The notes under the pieces are model-generated. The model did no database searches, was not told the DNA's origin, and was given only the letters and a program-made list of their open reading frames with translations. Of a stretch of 64,000 nt of DNA, positions 11,601 through 23,377 are shown in pieces. The translations under genes and the position numbers were made by a program. This DNA comes from Squalus acanthias (lineage: Eukaryota): positions 101,682,001 through 101,746,000 of the forward strand of contig CM059432.1 in assembly GCA_030390025.1 (NCBI GenBank), in the 5' to 3' direction. Position 1 is the stretch's first letter; every line of letters begins with the position of its first letter.

Positions 11601-14600
11601 TCGTGAAACCCGACCCAGAAGCGGGAAAATCAAAAAACAGCCTGAAAACTACTGACAAGTACGTGTTAATAGGCAGTTAATTGCCTTTAATCCGTTTCCC
11701 GTCGCTAGGTGTCGGGTCCATTCGCAAATCGGGGACCCGATACTTAGGAAGGTTATTTGGAGGCGGGTTGACGGTGGGTTCGGGACCCGCCATCAATCAA
11801 AAGGACTTTAACCTCTGACCCACCTCTCCGAGCGCTGGCAAAATCGCGGCCAAAGAGTCTGCAAAGGGATATAGATAGGTTAAGTGAGTGGGCAAGAATT
11901 TGGCAGATGGAGTATAATGTGGGAAAATGTGAAGTTATCCACTTTGGTAGGAAGAATAGAAAAGAAAAATATTATTTAAATGGAGAAAGACTATAGAATG
12001 TGGCAATACAGAGGGACTTAGGTGTCCTAGTACATGAAACATAAAAAGTTAACATGCAGGTGCAGCAAGTAATTAGGAAGGCAAATGGAATGTTGGCCTT
12101 TATTTCAAGGGGGATAGAGTATAAAAGTAGGGAAGTCTTGCTACAACTGTATAGGGCGCTGGTGAGACCACACCTAGAGTACTGCATACAGTTTTGGTCC
12201 CCTTATTTAAGGAGGGATATACTTGCATTGGAGGCAGTTCAGAGAAGGTTCACTAGGTTGATTCCTGGGATGGAAGGGTTGTCTTATGAGGAAAGGTTGA
12301 GCAGGTTGGGCCTATACTCATTGGAGTTTAGAAGAATGAGAGGTGATCTTATTAAACATATAAGATTCTGAGGGGGTTGGACTGGGTAGATGCTGAGTTG
12401 ATGTTTCCCCTCGTCAGGGAATCTAGAACGAAGGGGCATAGTCTCAGAATAAGGGGTCGCCCATTTAAGACAGAGATGAGGAGGAATTTCTTCTCAGAGG
12501 GTCGTGAATCTTTGGAATTCTTTACCCCAGAGAGCTGTGGAAGCTGAGTAATTGAATATATTCAAGGTGGAGATAGACAGATTTTTGAACAACAGGGGAG
12601 TCAAGGGTTATGGGGAACGGGCAGGAAAGTGGAGTTGAGGCCAAAATCGGATCAGCCATGACCTCATTAAATGGCGGAGCAGGCTTGAGGGGCCGAATGG
12701 CCTGCTCCTGCTCCTGCTCCTATTTCTTATGTTCTTTGATGTTCACTGATGGTAGGTAGGTCCATTAAAGATACCACCAATACCCACTTGAATATTGTAT
12801 GTTCTTGCACTCTTTGGAGAAGGGCATGTTGGTGACCACTGTCGTGAGGCAAGAGCAATTCAAAGGAATGCCTATTCTACCCCTAGAGTGCTATTGCTCA
12901 TTTCAGGCAAACTATCTTCAATGACAGAAGAACAAAACTTAAATTCAAAATAAAAAGACACAAAAAAAACAATTCCGCCAGATTACCATCCAGGTGGTGA
13001 AGGTGAAAATTACCCTTGAGATCTCATGAATCACACCAAAAAATCAGCTTCAAAAATGCTTCCAGGAGCTATGTGTCTTCAGGAGTGTGCTTCTCTCCAG
13101 TTTTTAAAGGTGGATAGCACTGGCCTCACATCAAGATGTGACACATCAGAATTCCCAGGGCAGAAAGGTCATTCCCCCAATATTCTGCCAAATGAATGCT
13201 TTAATAAGTCTCCTGTGCTTCTGGATCAGCTCCATCACAAAATCTGGGGCAAGAACAAATTAGCGTAAAATTGGTGCAGGGCCTCTGTCCCTGGTTTTCC
13301 GCCCGCTCTGTGCACAGCACACTTGCACCACCGGTACCCGGGAGCAGAATGTCAGTCACTTAGAGGTGTACTATGCAACACAAGCATTGACATATCCCAA
13401 TATCCAAAAGAATCTAACGTGTTTTTATGCAGCATATGACACATTAGTGTTTCTGCTCAGACACAGCATCTTTTCCAGTAATAGCATCTCAGCAGCTTGT
13501 ACCATCGTGATGCTAGACATTTAGCATCTTAAAAATATTGTCAAACGTGTGGTATAGAGTTATTGGCATCAGCTCACACTCGCAAAATCAGGTACAAATG
13601 AGACCTGATCCAAGGGGTAGTCTTGCAGTGGGCTAGAGCTATCCTGCAGCTGGCAGATTCAAGCAACTTTTGCACACAGAAGGAATACAAATGAATCATT
13701 TCAGGTAAAATTAGGACATCTCTGTTGCCTGTGTAGTGTTAAGTGCAAACCTAAACCAGTACATGCAGTGGGGGAAACAAATCTCACATCAAATGAGTGT
13801 TAGAAAGTAAGCAAGAAGAATGCTTAAAATATCTCATCTATCTTTTTTAGTATATATATGCAGATTGACCCATAGTCTTGTTTGTGATAAGTCAGAAGAT
13901 ATATTGTTGTATAACAATAGGAGTGTTCTCAACGAAGTGTCATGGGGAAATGTGACACTTACAGGAAGCGTGAGTAAGCAAGACTCTTAATATATTAGGA
14001 GATATAAACTGGACCATCTCCAGCAAGCTACTTTAGGGAGTCATAAGAAAACCTTGAGGTACACTGGTTTCTCAAATACAGAGTGAATCATAGCAGTTTG
14101 AGCCATAGCAGAAATCAAAGCTGCAGTGCTTAAAAACACCTAATTGTGTATACTTCCAGCAGAGGGCATTGATCATGGCAGTAATGCTGCTATTTGGTAA
14201 GCACCTGGCTAAGATGTGTTTAGTCAGTGAGATTGAATATGTGCTGCTGAAAGGTATGAAGACAGAGATCTTGCAGAAGCAGGGTTACTCTTAACTTGTA
14301 TTCAGAACAGAGATCCAGACATACAATAGCACACCAGATTGTTTTAGTAACAAACTATTCCACAACCTATTTTTATCTCTTGGGACTCGAATTAAACACA
14401 GGAAAGAAAATTACTTTGATAGCAATTCCCTGTCATTTTTTTGTGGATGACTGAATATCTCATCATCAATTCCACTTAAGACAAAGGCATTTATTGCACC
14501 ATACCAATTTACAACTCTGCCACTTTTATTCTTTTCAAAGAAAAACTGCAGCTCGGGCACAGTTCCTAAATATACCTGACCCATTTTAAAGTCTGAAATA

Positions 14601-15066
14601 TCAGAATTCTGTTTGCAAACATGAAAAACTGAGTAGCTTAGTTGTCAGTGTTACTGCCATGTTCTTCAACTGCATTCATTTAAATACCTTGAACATCTGT
14701 GGCAGAGAAGATTTAAAGAGAAACTCTGCAAATTAGATTTGTGATGCTGTGACATTCAACTTAATGGCACCAACATGAGTGATCATCATTGCAATTTTGA
14801 AGTTGTATAAGCTTGGAAGATCATAAAAGTGCCAAATGGAAGGGATAATTATCAATATAAAGATGAATTAGTTGTTACACAATCTGTTCTTTTAATTCTT
14901 GCTAGCAGCTGATTGCAATAGTTTTTTTTTATATTAACAAGTTAAATGTACCCTGCTTATCAATGTCAAGTTGCAGGAAAAAGACTAATTACAATTCAGA
15001 GGATTTTGCCTGCGATATCAATTTAGCTGTTAAAAATATAAGAATTTATGTAAAACAATACATTAT

Positions 15067-15225
15067 GGGGTATAATTTCAACAGGGATTCTCCTGATTTT
15101 CCAGATCTTTTGGCAGAAACCTCAGTGAAACGGGGTGACTTTTATGCTGTTTCTCCGGGATTTCGCCAATCGTCCAGCAGAGTTACGGCAGGAGATTGGA
15201 TGAATCCACGCGGAAATTCTAACCT
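15067..15225. mobile_element. Short fold-back MITE, probably Harbinger-related
   Basis: Ends ggggtataattt / aaattctaacct, flanks tat/tgt, internally palindromic; related copy at about 23122-23275. Confidence 0.5.
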
Positions 15226-15344
15226 TGTATCAATGTAACTTTCTATATAACCATTCATTTTTACACAATGTGCTGCATTTTTGTCCACTTAAATGCATTT
15301 GAGGACAACACAAGTGTCATCAGATATATACTACTGACCTCTGT

Positions 15345-15645
15345 TGGAATGATTTAGAAGAGATTTTAAATTGAGGCTGTGTCTTCTTTTTCCAGTGGTT
15401 CACCATGGCATAATTCAAATAGCAAGGACCTCCTTAGCTAATATTCCTCCTTCAAGCAATAACACCAACAGTAGATTAAGCGGTCATTCATCTTATTTGC
15501 TGTTTATGAATATTTGTCATGTGTAAATTGGCTGGCGGGTTTGACTGCATGACAGTCGCTCCAGTTTAAAAGTAATTAATTAGTTGTGAATCGCTTTAAG
15601 ATGTCCTACTGTGATAAGGAGCTTTATAAATGCAAGTTCCTTGTT
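15345..15645 (+). mobile_element. Deu-SINE (AmnSINE1/SacSINE1-like) body and 3' tail
   Basis: Deu-like core (ttaaattgaggc...catggcata), gtcattcatcttatttgctgttt, tail tataaatgcaagt; family recognised from memory. Confidence 0.65.
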
Positions 15646-16056
15646 TGTTTACTGTCGACCTTGAATTGTTTCCCTATATTTTTTGAAAAGGACACAAATC
15701 TGCCACATGACATTGAACTGCGTGTTAATTTTCTTATACTGAAAGACTGATTTGTACATTCATCTTCCCTTCTGGTATCAGCATATTTTGACACTTTATC
15801 AGGGGCTGGATTTTACCAGGGGCTGGAAAATAGCGTGGGTTTGTCATACGTCACGGGGGGCGGGACTAGAACCCGGAAGTAGCAGTCCCGCCCCCAACTC
15901 GTCTCGGCTGGCAAAATCCATCCCCATGTTGCTGCACAACTCAACCAAGTATAGATTTCTTACCCTCTTCTTGTCTAAGTTACATAATCCATTGAGAGGC
16001 CTTTTTAAAATAACAGTTATTAGTCGACCATGAAATATATTTGAGTTGCCAAGATT

Positions 16057-16673
16057 GGCCCTGAATTTGTGGTCGGAGGCGTACCTCCTGAGTATGCCTC
16101 CGAACCGCGAAATATTTTCATACTTACCTCCTGGCACCACAGCTATGGAGAGTTCCTTTCTCGGGCCTGCAGCGTACGCCTGCGTAAAGGCCCACGGATC
16201 CAAGGGGCGCACGCAGTTCGCAAGCGTCCCTGGGATCACGTGGGCCCGGTCAACCAATCAAAAAGGGGGATTCCTATGATGCTTATGGGGATTCCGTTTA
16301 CATACGGAATCCCCATAAGCATATTAGAAATCCCCAAATAAATAAGAATTCAACCCACTTAAATAAAAATAAATGTTCCCATGTTCAAAATTAATTAACC
16401 CTTACACTGGTACAAGAAGGCCTTATGCCTGCTTTTACCAGGCATAAGGGTTTCGTGGGCATTCGCTGGGCAAATAGCCCAACTCTGCACCAGCGAAAGT
16501 GATTTTGTAGCGGATGCGAAAGATCTGTCAATGCAAAATTGGGCAGATTGCAAGTTCCAGGTTTTCGCGCGTGCGCAGCGCATGCAGAAACCCGGAACTT
16601 GCGAGGCCTTTCTGAAGGCTTCTGACAGCATAAGCTGTGCGTACGTTAACAGCAGCACCGTAATTTCAGGCTC
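16057..16673 (+). mobile_element. Harbinger-type MITE (same family as 27423-28003)
   Basis: Ends ggccctgaattt / aatttcaggctc; shares gcgtccctgggatcacgtgg with the reverse complement of about 27870-27892. Confidence 0.65.
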
Positions 16674-17083
16674 AATATAGATTTAAGAGGAAATTGTGTA
16701 CAGGCTCGAGGTCACTCAAAGGCTTGATGGGGGTCAAAAGCTTCAATCAAACAGCAAATGCTATACGTTTAGCTAAACTGTGTCTGGACTCTGACATCAG
16801 CTTAATTGTTGATGTTTTAATGCATTGCGTAAAGAGTTACCCCTTCTTGTCTCAACTATATCTAATTTGCACAAGCATATAATTAGTAGGTGGGCAGAGA
16901 TTGTTAAAAACTTACCAAATACTGCTGTTTCAAATTACAATTGGTGTGACCACAAAATAACAGTCAACATCCTTAATTATAATATCTAATGTTCAACATT
17001 TACACACTTTAAGAACTACGAGACATATTTTCCTCTGTGTATAAATTTGATTTGGCAGAATATTTTCTTGAGGGGTGAAAACA

Positions 17084-18341
17084 TTTTTTTATTATTTATT
17101 CATTCACAGGATGTGGGCATCGCTGGCAAGGTCAGCATTCATTGCCCATTCCTAGTTGCCCTTTAGAAGGTGGTTATGAACTGCCTGCTTGAACCGCTGC
17201 AGTCCATGTGGTAAAGCTACTCCCACAGTGCTGTTAGGGAGGGAGTTCCAGGATTTTGACCCAGTGACGATGAAGGAATGGCAATATATTTCCAAGTCAG
17301 GATGGTGTGTGACTTGGAGAGGAACTTGGAGGTGGTGATGTTCCTATTTGCCTGCTACCTTTGTGCTCCAAGGTGGTAGAGGTTGCAGGTTTGGGAGGAG
17401 CTGTCAAAGAAGCCTTGGCGAGTTGCTGCAGTGCATTTTGTAGATGGTACACACTGTACCCACAATGCACTGGTGGTGAATGGGGTGCCGATCAAGCGGG
17501 CTGCTTTGTCCTGGATGGTGCTGAGCTTCTTGAGTATTGTTAGAGTTGCACCAATCCACGCAAGTGGAGAGTATTCAATCACACTCCTGACTTGTACCTT
17601 GTAGCTGGTGGAAATGCTTTGGGGAGTCAGAGGCAATGTTCTCTCTTATTTCTTTTGGGTGCGCGGCCCCTTTAAGGGGCTGCACAGGCCTATTCAAAAA
17701 GCGCACATGCGCGGTTTTTTGCATTGAAAAGTTGGAAAGCCTGGGCAGTCACTCTCACCTCACCTCTGGAATTCAGCTCTTTTATCCATGTTTGGACCAA
17801 GGCTGTAATGATGTCTGGAGCCGGGTAGTCCTGACGGACCCCAAACTGAGCATCGGTGAGCAGGTTATTGGTGAATAAGTGCCACTTGATAGCACTGTCG
17901 ATGACACCTTCCATCACTTTGCTCATCACAGCTCTCCCAGGGTCAACTAGGCTGGGTGTGCCTTTGTCATGTCCAAATCCGATGCCAGGTGGTCCATCAG
18001 GTTTTATTCTTATTATACTTTTTTGTAGTGGTGCGATACAACTGAGTGGCTTGCTGTGCCATTTCAGAGGGCAGTTAAGAGTCAACCACATTGCTGTGGG
18101 TCTGGAGTCACGTATAGGCCAGACCGGGTAAGGACAGCAGATTTAGTGAACCAATTGACTTTTTTATGACAGCATAATGGTCACCATTACTGATATTTGC
18201 TTTTTATTCCAGATTTATTTAATTAACTTAATTCAAATTCACAAGCTACCACGGCGGGATTTGAACTCACGTCTCCAGATTATTAGTCCAGTCTCTCTGG
18301 ATTACTAGTCCAGTAACATAACCACTGTGTTACCGCATCCC
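17084..18341 (-). mobile_element. Internally deleted copy of the tRNA-headed LINE
   Basis: tRNA-like head (A box cagtggtta, B box gagttcaaatccc at 18256-18268), same 5' UTR and 3' tail as 37124-40301, RT remnants (YKVQVRSVIEYSPLAW). Confidence 0.85.
17634..17742 (+). mobile_element. Possible hAT-type terminal fragment
   Basis: Begins caatgttctctctta (resembles hAT CA.TGTTCCCTCTAA termini, from memory); foreign to the surrounding LINE; no second end found. Confidence 0.35.
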
Positions 18342-19214
18342 TAATTTGTTTAACATGATTTGTGTGGATGAAAATAAAAAGTAAAGGATCAGTAAATACA
18401 AAGGAAATATAACCAATGAGGAAGAAGCAAATTGGTGGATTTTGACATTAGTCATCACAAAGTTCAGTCAAAAAACTTATAGATGTGACATTATATTGTT
18501 GTAATTTGTCGACTAATTACTGAGTTTTAAGAGAAACCTTGTCTGTAATGAACAATAAAGCACAGAACCATCAAAAATCAACCTATTCCTTATTAATTCA
18601 AGAAACATCATTTGAAAACTAAGCTTAGTCCAATCGAATTTTAGCATTCACATGTGGTGTGACAGCACCAAATGTAAATTGCTTCTTCTAACTTCAGGGC
18701 ACCACTTGAACAATTGAAGAGTTAATCATGTCTGTATAACACGTTCAAAGATGCTCATTACCATTGGCCTCCACTTGATGAATGGCCAGCTGGTGAATCA
18801 AGTAGTGCTTTATCAGACTGTCCATTCGTGTTCCCATCCATCTGTTACCCAGCTCTTACATAGCTAATTTTAGCCTTTGAAAATATTTTCAGCTGATACT
18901 GTGCATAATTTTGTTAAAAGTGACATCAAAACTGCTATTAAAAGAAACATGAAATTATTTGAATATCAAATTATCATTAATTTGAGAATATTCGTGAATC
19001 TCTCCATGTAAATACTTATCCATTTACAGATCAAGGGGCTTTCATTATAATGATGCTATGTACAGAAAGATTAAGTATGATGTGCATTTTAAGTATTCCT
19101 ATGTTGGCTATATGTAAACACTAAAAAAAGAATGTGCCCTGACTTCTGGGCAGTACATTTGACATTTTCATCTTAATTTATTTTTTCTGTTTATATACTA
19201 CACATTATATCATA

Positions 19215-20245
19215 CAAATGTTCTTTACTATTTTTAATAATGATCTGGATGTAGGTGTTGGGGGCACGATCTGCAAATTTGCAGATGATACAGAGATCTG
19301 TGTGAGTGTTCGGACTGTAGACGATGCTCAGCTGCTTCAGGTGGATCTTAATGTGTTGGGAGATTGGGCTCATGACTGGAAAATTATATTTAATGTGGAT
19401 AAGTGCAGTGTTATACATGTGGGCAGGGTAAATGCTCAACATTTGTACACCCTTCAGCATTAAAGAAGGTAGAGAAAGAAAGTGAAATAAAAACAGAAAA
19501 TGCTGGAAATACTCAGCAGGTCAGGCAGCATCTGCAGAGAAACAGAGTTAACGTTTCAGGTCGATCACCCTTCTTCATCGACCTGAAATGTTAACTCTGA
19601 TTCTCTCTCTCTACAGATGCTGCCTGACCTGCTGAGTGTTTCCAGCATTTTCTGTTTTTATTTCAGATTTCCAGCATCCGCAGTATTTTGCTTTAGAGAA
19701 AGAAAGTGATCTGATTGAGGTTTATAAGATGATGAAGGGACTAGATTGTGTTGCAGTTGACAGTTTGTTCCAGTTAAATAGGTTAGGGAGGACCAGGGAT
19801 CACAATTTTAAGTTGTATAAGGCCAGGTCTAGGTTAGATGTCAGGAGGTGGTTCTTTTCCCAGAGAATAGTGAAGCTCTGAGACAGGCTGCCGTCTCGTG
19901 CGATGGACGCCGATTCGCTGAATTCCTTCAAGTGAGAGCTGGACCTGTTTCTGGTTGGGGCAAACATCACCTCTTACAAAAGGTAGGTACTTCAGGGAAT
20001 TCAGGGCCAGAGTGATTTCCTGGACTAGTTTCAATCGCCTAGATGGGTCGGAGAGGGATTGCCGAGATTTTTCCCCCCCAAATTGGCCTGGGTTTTTAAT
20101 CTGGTATTTCGCCTCGCCCAGGAGATCACATGGTTTTGGGTGGGGTGAGGAGTGTATATATTGTGATACACAGGTAGCACTATAGTGTGGGACAGGCTGG
20201 ATGGACCAGAGGGTCTTTACCTGTCCATCATTGCTCGTATGTTTA
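19215..20245 (+). mobile_element. Older CR1 3' portion
   Basis: ICKFADDTEI, FNVDKCSVIH, DLIEVYKMMKGLD, FFSQRIV; 3' hairpin gctggatggaccagagggtcttt. Confidence 0.85.
19486..19693. mobile_element. Penelope-type inverted insertion with hammerhead remnants
   Basis: 16-bp TSD tagagaaagaaagtga (19470-19485, 19694-19709); inverted arms of about 90 bp meeting near 19575. Confidence 0.8.
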
Positions 20246-21364
20246 TAAATACTTTTTCATTCTTCCACTGTAATACCCTGTACATCCTGGTAACAATGTT
20301 TTCATGTCAACACTGTACTATGGCAATTCTCTACCAATGCTATGTGCTGTCCAACATTCAATTATGAAACCAATTGAATGTTGACTTGCCCAATATATGT
20401 TTTTATTCATTATACAGTTTTTAATGGTCAGGAATAATGTAATTCTAATCCAAGTTAAATGTTCATTGAGCAGAAATATTAGCAGTAAAATTAATTTTCC
20501 ATAGACTGAGACAATTGTGAATAACACATGTTTAATTTTGTGTGGAACTGCACAATTATGAAGCATTTATTGATAATTTCCTTCCATGGGTTGCCTCCTG
20601 CTAAACCCGTATCAATATTAATCAAGTGGTTTCCTTAGTCTAAAATGCTTAAATTATTATTTACCTAATATCAGATTTTATGAGGATTAAGTACAAATCA
20701 GACTACAGGACCAAACTGTTGCAAAATTGGTGTACCTTAATCTCATAAAAAAGATAATATACTATGGGGGAAAAATTAGACATCGACAGAATCCTGCTCA
20801 TGTCATCGCGACCTCGGGTTTACATCATTCTGTGCATCATTCCATGATTCTTCACCCACTCCCCATTACTTTGATTCCCCCATGCTCTGTGAATCTTTGC
20901 TTAGACTATATACCTTGTCCCAGGTGAAAGTATCTAAGCTGGTGCATTAAAGTGAGGGAACAGGGATTATATCAAGGAAATGGGGCAGAGGAAGATGGGG
21001 CAGAGGAAGATGGGGCAGGATTTTGCTCCAGGGACTCCTGTGTGGCCCACTCCTCAACATCATCTTCTTGCCTCTGTCTCTTCCTCATTGTCATTTTCCT
21101 TTTCAGCTTCTTCTGCCCCTCCTCAAACTTCCGCCACCCCCCACTGCTCTGATGGCTCTGCAGGAATATGGCATAACATAAATATGGATGATCATAACCC
21201 ATGGACATTAAGTAGGCAGTTAAAGGCGAGGAAGCTCTTTGCAATCTGCTACTTTAAAGGGATTTGGTGGCGAGTGTGTAAGTCTGTATCCACTAAGCTG
21301 CAGCCTGCATTGTCCAGTGAGCTTGCTATCTCCCACAGCTAGAGTGGAGCCTTTTAAAAATGTT

Positions 21365-21605
21365 AGAAGTCGCACAACACCAGGTTATAGTCCAACAGTT
21401 TTATTTGAAATCACAAGCTTTCGGAGCTGCTGCCCCTTCGTCAGGTGAAGTGACGAAGGGGCAGCAGCTGACGAAGGGGCAGCAGCTCCGAAAGCTTGTG
21501 ATTTCAAATAAAACTGTTGGACTATAACCTGGTGTTGTGCGACTTCTCACTTTTGTCCACCCCAGTCCAACTCCGGCATCTCCGCATCATGGCCACTATC
21601 GACAC
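21365..21605. mobile_element. Penelope-type inverted insertion (second family)
   Basis: 80-bp inverted arms 21365-21444 / 21468-21547; flanking direct repeat tttaaaaatgtt (21353-21364, 21606-21617). Confidence 0.8.
21411..21448 (-). ncRNA. Minimal type I hammerhead ribozyme motif
   Basis: Minus strand reads tcac CTGACGA a ggggc agca gctcc GAAA gc TT gtga: stem I tcac/gtga, conserved core, stem II, palindromic AAGCTT stem III. Confidence 0.75.
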
Positions 21606-22724
21606 TTTAAAAATGTTGTTCTTGGGATGTGAGCAATGCTGGCAATGCCGCATTTATTGCTTATCCCTCGCTAACCTAGTGGTAGTGGGCCATTTCCTTT
21701 GAACTGCTGCAGTCCTTGTGTTGATGGTGCTCCCACAATGGCCACCCAACAGTTCTATTGCCTGCTCCTCATAATGGATCAGTTCTTCAATATTGAGCAT
21801 ACTTCATCCGGTCGTGTGCTTTTCACTGATATTGTGCGCAAGTTTTTCCAAAAAAAAGTTTGAGTGAATTCGATGAAGGCCAGCATTCCCCCAAGGATGT
21901 CTCCCATGGTTAAGTGGCAACACATATGCACAAGATACAGAATCAATGAACACCTGAACCCACAGTGCAGTGATTAGGAGGACTTGGCAGGAAGTCATAT
22001 TTAAGTTTTAATAGTGTGTTGGTGCCCAAGCTGCTCAAGAAAGAGAAGGGACCTGTCTGTTACATTGCCAGCCCTTGTCAGGTCATTAAACTTTTGCTAG
22101 CACTAGTTTGCAGTTCTGGGGCTCCACCTCCCTCCACTCTTGATAGTTTTCTGAGGTTTCCTCCCATGGGCACCCAACAAGCTTTCCCTTTTTGTTGTAT
22201 TTCATACAGGAGTGTCTAAAGGTGAAACTCATTCAAGTTTTGAGCTCTTCTAATTTTAAAGCTGCACCTAAAATCTTCCTTTTGAGAATTGACAACCAAT
22301 GTTAGGCCCCAATTCACATATGCAGGGCAGCTGTTGCCTGCTTCAGGCAGGTGTCCTGCATACCTAAAGTTGTCGGTTTTCAATTTGGATCAATCAGAAA
22401 CCATTGGGAGGCACTGCGTACATTATCTCAAAGCATGAATACCAACTGGACTAAATTATGACATCTCAGGATCACCATCATTCTATAAACGTGAGATTTC
22501 TGGTTATACAAATGTTTGACTGACACTGCATTTTTACTATATCGTTATTGCTTTTACAATCTATTTGTATGAACAGTCTCAATTTATTGTTTTACAATCT
22601 ATTCAGTTCCATTTACTTTCAAGCCTTTGGGGGTAATTTTGACAGTGATAATGTGAAACAGGTGATACTGATTCAGCCGCCCGTTATACATCTCAACTAC
22701 TTTTCATTTCCATTGAAGTTGTGT

Positions 22725-23040
22725 TTGAATCCCTCCATGCCCTCGCTCCTCTCCATGTAACCTTCTCCAGCACTCTTCCTCCCCCCATCTCTACATTCCT
22801 CGGACTCTTCCTTCTTGTGCATTTCCCTTCCCTTTACCCCACTATTGATGATGTGCCTTTAGCCATGTAGGCTTGACTCTCTGGAATACCCTTCCCTAAG
22901 GCCTTCTCCCTCACTTCATTTGACCCTCTTTAAAACCCACCTCTTTGACCAAGCTTTTGTTCAATCCTCCCAATCTCTCTTTCTTAGGCTCGGGGTCAGT
23001 TTTCCTTTTGGCTCTGTGAAGTGCCTCAGGAAGCTTTTGC
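22725..23040 (+). mobile_element. L2 LINE 3' fragment
   Basis: gcctttagcc...ctctggaatacccttcc...ttaaaacccacctctttgaccaagctttt (AFS..LWN.LP..LKTHLF) and tail tgtgaagtgcct. Confidence 0.7.
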
Positions 23041-23377
23041 ACAAATCCACATGCAGGGACGATGGTGACGACAACTTGTTTCTGTTGTCATTGTCATCAT
23101 CATCCTTGCACGTATATTTGCGCTGAGAATTTCCTCAGAGGTGCTCCTGATCGGTCGCCGTAACTTTGGCAGAAGCTTGGTGGAAATCCTGTTTACATGG
23201 TTTCATTGGGGTTTCTGCTGATCTTCCGTCAAAGTTATGGCAGCCGATTGGGAAAACTCCCGAAAAAATGCTTTGCACTTTCCCAGCAAGAATACTAAGC
23301 AGTATTTGCATTTTACTATTTTGTGATTTACCAGCATGACTGTTTTGTAGTAAATACTGGTCTCTAGTCCCAATGTT

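Larger units (their letters stand above)
9134..11851 (+). mobile_element. Non-autonomous Harbinger element containing two nested CR1 3' fragments
   Basis: TIRs ggccgcgatttt / aaaatcgcggcc, TSD AAA (9131-9133, 11852-11854); right end homologous to 4995-5060; Myb 5' remnant near 9410-9540. Confidence 0.9.
6390..12740 (+). mobile_element. CR1 LINE, nearly complete ORF2 (APE endonuclease + RT), disrupted, with nested LTR and Harbinger
   Basis: LYLNARSIRNK, LGKSDH, GPDGLHPRVLKE, NYRPVSLTS, KFADDTK, RPHLEYC motifs; CR1 3' hairpin/tail cctgctcctatttcttatgttct at about 12715-12735. Confidence 0.95.
20766..22310. mobile_element. Old decayed Harbinger element (minus-strand transposase remnants)
   Basis: Left end gggggaaaaatt; acidic C-terminal-like stretch at about 21040-21130; traces resembling GxIDCTH and NRKGxxSLN at about 21790-21895; right end uncertain. 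Confidence 0.4.
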
